The notes beneath the pieces were generated by a model, which saw nothing but the letters and a program-made list of their open reading frames with translations, was not told the DNA's origin and searched no databases. The position numbers and the translations under genes were made by a program. DNA of 64,000 nt from Phormidesmis sp. (GTDB lineage: Bacteria; Cyanobacteriota; Cyanobacteriia; Leptolyngbyales; Leptolyngbyaceae): contig CBDFJR010000005.1 of assembly GCA_965248535.1 (NCBI GenBank), positions 2,080,001 through 2,144,000 of the forward strand, read 5' to 3'. Positions within the stretch are counted from its first letter, which is position 1. Each line of letters opens with the position of its first letter. Below, in pieces: positions 60,701 to 64,000 of this stretch.

Positions 60701-60828
60701 ATCAAGAATTGCGGGCTGGAAAAAACAAACGATGTCTCCTCGATCGGAACCTGTCCCGATAAGGTTGACGGTGTGTGGGGCAGCAGCGTAAATGCCTCTG
60801 CTAATAGCTTTGCAGTTTGAACTATCAT
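57730..60828 (-). CDS. Large membrane-anchored helical repeat protein of unknown function
   Basis: N-terminal TM helices, six or more YL..ELNPDGI..LL.DP.AG..RLSQFDR.TL repeats, C-terminal AAWWLFG hydrophobic segment. Confidence 0.8.
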   Translation of the reverse strand: MIVQTAKLLAEAFTLLPHTPSTLSGQVPIEETSFVFSSPQFLIALLAGVMMAFAFQFLLTNLSVAVVATPGTLSSDDDSESESLGTTIRKTESKIGIWALVTVTLALFAASFLAVKLSLVSSVGLGAIIGVVIWSTYFSLLVWLGSGAVGSLIGSVINTASSGIQGIMGTATAAIGANVAKNQVISTAEEITAAVRRELTSGFDPNAIQKTLQSSLNNLQLPKLDLEDIKGQFETLLKDSDLKDVADSDFLKTINRQSFVDLVSRRTDFSKQDIDRVADQLESAWKGTVGQQEGKDPLEQLTNLLKSATPEDLNTEELSDNLNQLVQRVSKQSSSGSSLTTRALQFGFSALLGKVIQSTNLSDLDVEKISGQLQKLKGTVQGQADKLGQQVSKNGKPFSVIQADLENYLLFSPPWQLNRETIKQEFRDVIYDPQAAPGAIRQELELIDRDYFIDVLALREDFTPEKVQDTANLLEEIRAEVFGSVQTAELEERSQDLRSRVETYLKSTGKEELNPEAIGHEFKLLLQDPEAGLDALGNRLGQFDRDTLAKLLGQRDDVNPEEANQIVGQLESTRDRVLSEARELQDRLQFEAQEVRTKVETYLRNTNKEELNPDGIQRDLKTLLDDPQAGLSALKSRLSQFDRDTLVQLLSQRQDLNQEQVNQVLDQVESVRDSVLQAPQQVASKAKEQYEQTTTAIADYLRKTDLKELDPDGIQRDLKTLLNDPKAGTDALRDRLSQVDRETLVKLLTQSGTLTEEQVNQTIDQVETAIRDTIKAPRRLAKRAQTKAVDFEATLESYLKNTQKEELNPDGIKRDLQLLLQDPKAGLSSVGDRLSHFDRSTLVALLSQREDISEEDANRIADQVNSTVQSVTEQIQKVQQTFQAAIDRVFGKLRSYLDSLERPELSYEGIQQDFGTLFDDPQAGFEALKERLSEFDRGTLVAVLSSRKDISEADANRIIDQIEATRDGVLHRAERIQLEAKKRIKAAQHQAKKQAIETQKMAANAAWWLFGTALTSLAASAIAGVLAVRTLF

Positions 60829-60943
60829 AATTTTCTCGCCTGAGATGAGTTGAATATCGCTACGGGTTGCCCACCTGGAATTGACAGCGCGATCGCACCC
60901 GTAGACTAAAAGCCTGTAAACGTTTTAACCAACCGAGGAAACG

Positions 60944-61153
60944 TTAGTTTTTCTGATAATCTGCGTCAGTCCAGCATTTTGGCAGGGCTTCGCCCGATGG
61001 AAAGATCAAATTCTCTTTTGCAATAGGGGCCGGATCTTGTTCTTCTTCACCCGCTTGGGCTTGCGCTGTGATCTCACCCTGACTCGGATTCACCAAGGTT
61101 TTGACATCTAAAACTTCTACCAGATTGCCTGTCTCTTTGTCCTGCAAAAGCAT
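60944..61153 (-). CDS. Small conserved hypothetical protein
   Basis: GEEEQDP..LIFPSGEALPKCW; GGAG RBS. Confidence 0.7.
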   Translation of the reverse strand: MLLQDKETGNLVEVLDVKTLVNPSQGEITAQAQAGEEEQDPAPIAKENLIFPSGEALPKCWTDADYQKN

Positions 61154-61249
61154 TGTGGTCTCCTCTGTTTTGTTTAGAACTGGTTAAAAGAAGTCAGAAA
61201 CTTCCTAATCAACGGGGAATTCCTGACTTCTGTTCAGCGATCGTGCGGT

Positions 61250-61759
61250 TTATCTATGACCCATCCACTTAGCCGCGATCGCTCCCAAAGCTGCCCCGAC
61301 CATCGGGTTGCTGAGAAACTTCACCATCGCAGGCTGATCGGCTAAGACCTCATGAAAAATATCAGGGTGATTGTGGTAAGCAAAGCCCGCCAACTTGCTC
61401 ACATCATCAGCACTCATGCGGCTGGGGTGATGAGTAGATAAACCCAACTGATGCTCTAGGTCTTTGTCCTGCAAGCCCCGCTTTTTGAGATGATTGATGA
61501 AGTCGCGTGCAACATCTTCGCGCTCTTGAGGCTTGATTTGCGCGATCGCGTGCTGCAATTCTGGCTCCATTTGGCTCGACGGGATGCGATCGGGGTGAAG
61601 CGATTTGCTAAACAGTTGATGACGCTGATCGCGAGAAGACCGTTGAGCAAAATCATCAAAGTTTTGATAATCTACCGGGTCAACATCGTCGAGGGTTTCT
61701 TTGCTGCCGCCTGCCAAATCTTTCATCACTTGGCGTTTGTAATCTTCACTGCTAGGCAT
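61250..61759 (-). CDS. Hypothetical protein
   Basis: 169-aa ORF with AGGAG RBS, co-oriented in the stress cluster. Confidence 0.7.
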   Translation of the reverse strand: MPSSEDYKRQVMKDLAGGSKETLDDVDPVDYQNFDDFAQRSSRDQRHQLFSKSLHPDRIPSSQMEPELQHAIAQIKPQEREDVARDFINHLKKRGLQDKDLEHQLGLSTHHPSRMSADDVSKLAGFAYHNHPDIFHEVLADQPAMVKFLSNPMVGAALGAIAAKWMGHR

Positions 61760-61830
61760 TTTATGAGTCTCCTAATTCAAAAATTTGGGCGTTCAATTAG
61801 CTGTTTGCTAACTGGATTATTAGCTGTTTG

Positions 61831-62271
61831 CTAACTGGGTTGTTGATACTCGATTTGCTTCGATAGATTGTTATAGCGAGCCGTTAAAATCAGCTTTTTA
61901 TCAGGCGCATACATCAGCACGGTCAAATCTTGGTTGGGAAAGGTTTTGCGGAACCCTTGAGTCAGCGATTTTGCTAAATCCTTAACCTCAGTGGGGCGCA
62001 CCTGAGATGAAATCACTGCACCCAGTTTGTCGTTATCTCGCACAAACGCATCCTTGACTAAGCCTTGACTAGCAGACACGACCCAGTTGCCAAAGTCTTG
62101 TCCTGCGGCTGAGTTGCCTCGTGCCAGTTGACCATAATTGGCCGTGCGATCGAGTTGGGTAGGGCTGATGGCTCTGGGTTCTTTAGCCGTAGCCACTCCG
62201 CAAGCCGTTGTCACTGTCAACAGCAAAACCAGCGCGAGAGCCGTTAAAACCTTACGGGCGTGTTGAAACAT
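61831..62271 (-). CDS. Hypothetical lipoprotein
   Basis: Signal peptide with TTAC lipobox; AGGAGG RBS. Confidence 0.72.
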   Translation of the reverse strand: MFQHARKVLTALALVLLLTVTTACGVATAKEPRAISPTQLDRTANYGQLARGNSAAGQDFGNWVVSASQGLVKDAFVRDNDKLGAVISSQVRPTEVKDLAKSLTQGFRKTFPNQDLTVLMYAPDKKLILTARYNNLSKQIEYQQPS

Positions 62272-62718
62272 GGTTACCTCCTAAAACAGGCGAATCAATC
62301 TGGAAAATGCTTTCTGAGAACGGTCAGCCATAGCCGCAGCAACCATTGAGAGAATGCAAGAACAAGTAGAGTTATGCACAATCTCACTGGCACATTCTTC
62401 CTAGATCAAAAGAAAGTTGCTCTGGCTCACAAAGTGAACCGTTTTGAGAAATCTCTTCAAACAAAACAGGCTTGAAGTAGAGCAAATTCCATTGCTTCAA
62501 ATCTACCGATCAGCTTGGACAGCAGCACCTATCTACAGAAACAAGGTGAGTATGAAACCACTACTCACAACGGACAACCGACCGAACAGAGTAAAATGTT
62601 CGCCCAGCACCTTTGGGTAGATGAACAACTTAAACCTTTGGCTGAGGAAGCACCAAGTGGGTTGCTTTAGCCTTAAGTGAAAGGTGTTAAAACACTTCAG
62701 ACCCTTGAGGAAATCAAA

Positions 62719-63618
62719 ATGGCACTTCATAGAATTAAAGACTTTGACCCTAACTATCGCCACCACTTTGAAGATCAACATTACATTCTGGACTATGACC
62801 TTTATTCTGGCACCGAGAAAGTAGGGTCTGTTAAAGATTTGCTTGTGGATGACAATGGCAAATTTCGCTATCTGGTAATTCACACGGGCGGCTGGTTTAT
62901 GGGCAAAAATGTACTGCTCCCGATCGGGCGTTCTGAAATTGACTATGCCAAGCAGTGTGTCTATGCAAATGGTCTCACTCGCGAGCAAGTCGAGGCGTTG
63001 CCTGAGTATCGAGAAGGCGAGGTCGTAGACTATGAGAAAGAAGAACAAGTGAGAGGCATCTATCGTCCGATGGTAGACGCTCCTCTAACCACTACAGCCC
63101 CCCTCGCACCTGCTCCCCTTGAAGCTGCGGCTCTAGACTATAACCGCGACACCTATAGCTACGATCGTGAACCCGCCCTCTACAATCTAGATGAGCAAAA
63201 GCACCCCAGTCTCAAGCTCTATGAAGAGCGGCTGATTGCTAACAAAACTCGCGCTAAAACCGGAGAAGTCACGATCGGCAAGCGAGTCGAAACCGACACC
63301 GCTCAAGTCTCGGTGCCGATCGAAAAAGAGCGAGTCGTGATCGAGCGCACTACTCCTGTGAATGCTGGTGCAACGGTTACTCCTGACGCTACGGCCTTTG
63401 CTGAAGGCGAAGTCGCACGGGTAGAGGTCTATGAAGAAACTCCCGACATTCACAAAGAAGCGTTTGTGCGCGAAGAAGTGCGGGTCAAGAAGGTCGTTGA
63501 CCAAGACACCGTGACGGCTGAAGAACAGCTTCGTCGAGAAGAGCTAGACATCGACACCGAGGGCCGCCCCGTCATCGATAAAGGCGCAGATTTAAGCAGT
63601 GGCAGAGGGTTGACCTAA
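62719..63618 (+). CDS. PRC-barrel + DUF2382 (AvaK-like) protein
   Basis: EKVGSVKDLLVD..GKFRYLVI.TGGWF.GK.VLLPIG PRC barrel; C-terminal DUF2382. Confidence 0.87.
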   Translation: MALHRIKDFDPNYRHHFEDQHYILDYDLYSGTEKVGSVKDLLVDDNGKFRYLVIHTGGWFMGKNVLLPIGRSEIDYAKQCVYANGLTREQVEALPEYREGEVVDYEKEEQVRGIYRPMVDAPLTTTAPLAPAPLEAAALDYNRDTYSYDREPALYNLDEQKHPSLKLYEERLIANKTRAKTGEVTIGKRVETDTAQVSVPIEKERVVIERTTPVNAGATVTPDATAFAEGEVARVEVYEETPDIHKEAFVREEVRVKKVVDQDTVTAEEQLRREELDIDTEGRPVIDKGADLSSGRGLT

Positions 63619-63679
63619 CTAAACAGTGGCGCTGTAATGATCAACACTTGTCTCATGAGGTTGAGTCTTTACAACTGAT

Positions 63680-63715
63680 GCAGGTAGGGCTATTGTTCGC
63701 TCTACCTGCTCTTTT
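63680..63715 (+). terminator. Intrinsic terminator
   Basis: GCAGGTAGGGC..GCTCTACCTGC followed by TCTTTT. Confidence 0.65.
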
Positions 63716-63897
63716 AAGTAGGTGGGCACGCTTAATAGGGAAGATGCTCGTAGGTGAGTTGAAGAGCGAAACCTAGTATCAGTAAGAGTTACACTATCGC
63801 TAATTTATTCTGAAAATCATTCAATCTCCCTAGTTTATTTTAGTACCTTAGTTCTAAGTGTTGAACATTTTGAGTAAGCATCCGACTAAGCAATAGT

Positions 63898-64000
63898 ATG
63901 AACCCTCTCAAATTAAGTCCTGAAGATTGTTCGGCTTTTGGACGGCTTGTTTTGCAATATCTTCAGGAAAACCCGCAGACGAATATGAGCCAGTTGGCCA
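63898..64000 (+). CDS. 5' fragment of a probable HTH protein running off the window
   Basis: MNPLKLSPEDCSAFGRLVLQYLQENPQTNMSQLA, open to the window end. Confidence 0.45.
   Translation, partial: MNPLKLSPEDCSAFGRLVLQYLQENPQTNMSQLA

Noticed and set aside
62533..63504. Long antisense ORFs (62533-63048, 63187-63504 and similar shadows elsewhere in the track)
   Set aside because: They overlap well-supported genes on the opposite strand or frame and have no recognisable motifs.
54032..63618. Stress cluster as a tRNA-Thr-anchored genomic island
   Set aside because: No integrase or att duplication was seen in the window, and composition and HIP1 content are host-like.
63749..63815. Degenerate GTAGG..GAAACC REP-like remnant
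   Set aside because: Single, heavily decayed copy in the window; cannot be supported.
1..64000. Very frequent GCGATCGC/CGATCG sequences
   Set aside because: This is the well-known cyanobacterial HIP1 octamer, not a new repeat; used only as a taxonomic and amelioration marker.

Overview
Chromosomal window from a cyanobacterium, probably filamentous and Leptolyngbya-like. This rests on very dense HIP1 GCGATCGC sites plus hli, ycf46, ycf52, CAAD/CurT and Tab2 homologues. Blocks from left to right: (1) 1-7.6 kb, a tightly coupled operon resembling the N-methylglutamate (NMG) methylamine pathway (mgdC/soxA-mgdD/soxG-gmaS-mgsABC), followed by a stand-alone GAF gene, DUF2997, a membrane GrpE-like gene and a lid-less Hsp70. 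(2) 10.6-12.2 kb, a mobile-element scar: an IS200/IS605-like hairpin, an IS1 with inverted repeats but no target duplication, and an IS110-like 3' remnant. (3) 12.4-45 kb, mostly core genes (hli, fasciclin, mtnP, M20 amidohydrolase, two ArnT-like transferases, ycf52, tRNA-Pro, GH10, tamB, trx, hslO, secDF, ycf46, SphR-like regulator, uvrB, FecR + beta-barrel). (4) 45.3-51.4 kb, a urate catabolism and ABC uptake cluster with a textbook NtcA promoter and an embedded 2OG-Fe(II) dioxygenase. (5) An NPP-type phosphodiesterase and tRNA-Thr. (6) 54.3-63.6 kb, a desiccation/general-stress cluster (three DUF2382 paralogues, BON, CAAD, a large repeat membrane protein). Five single-base frameshifts in otherwise intact genes are probably assembly errors. 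All family assignments are by recognition of motifs; no database searches were run.
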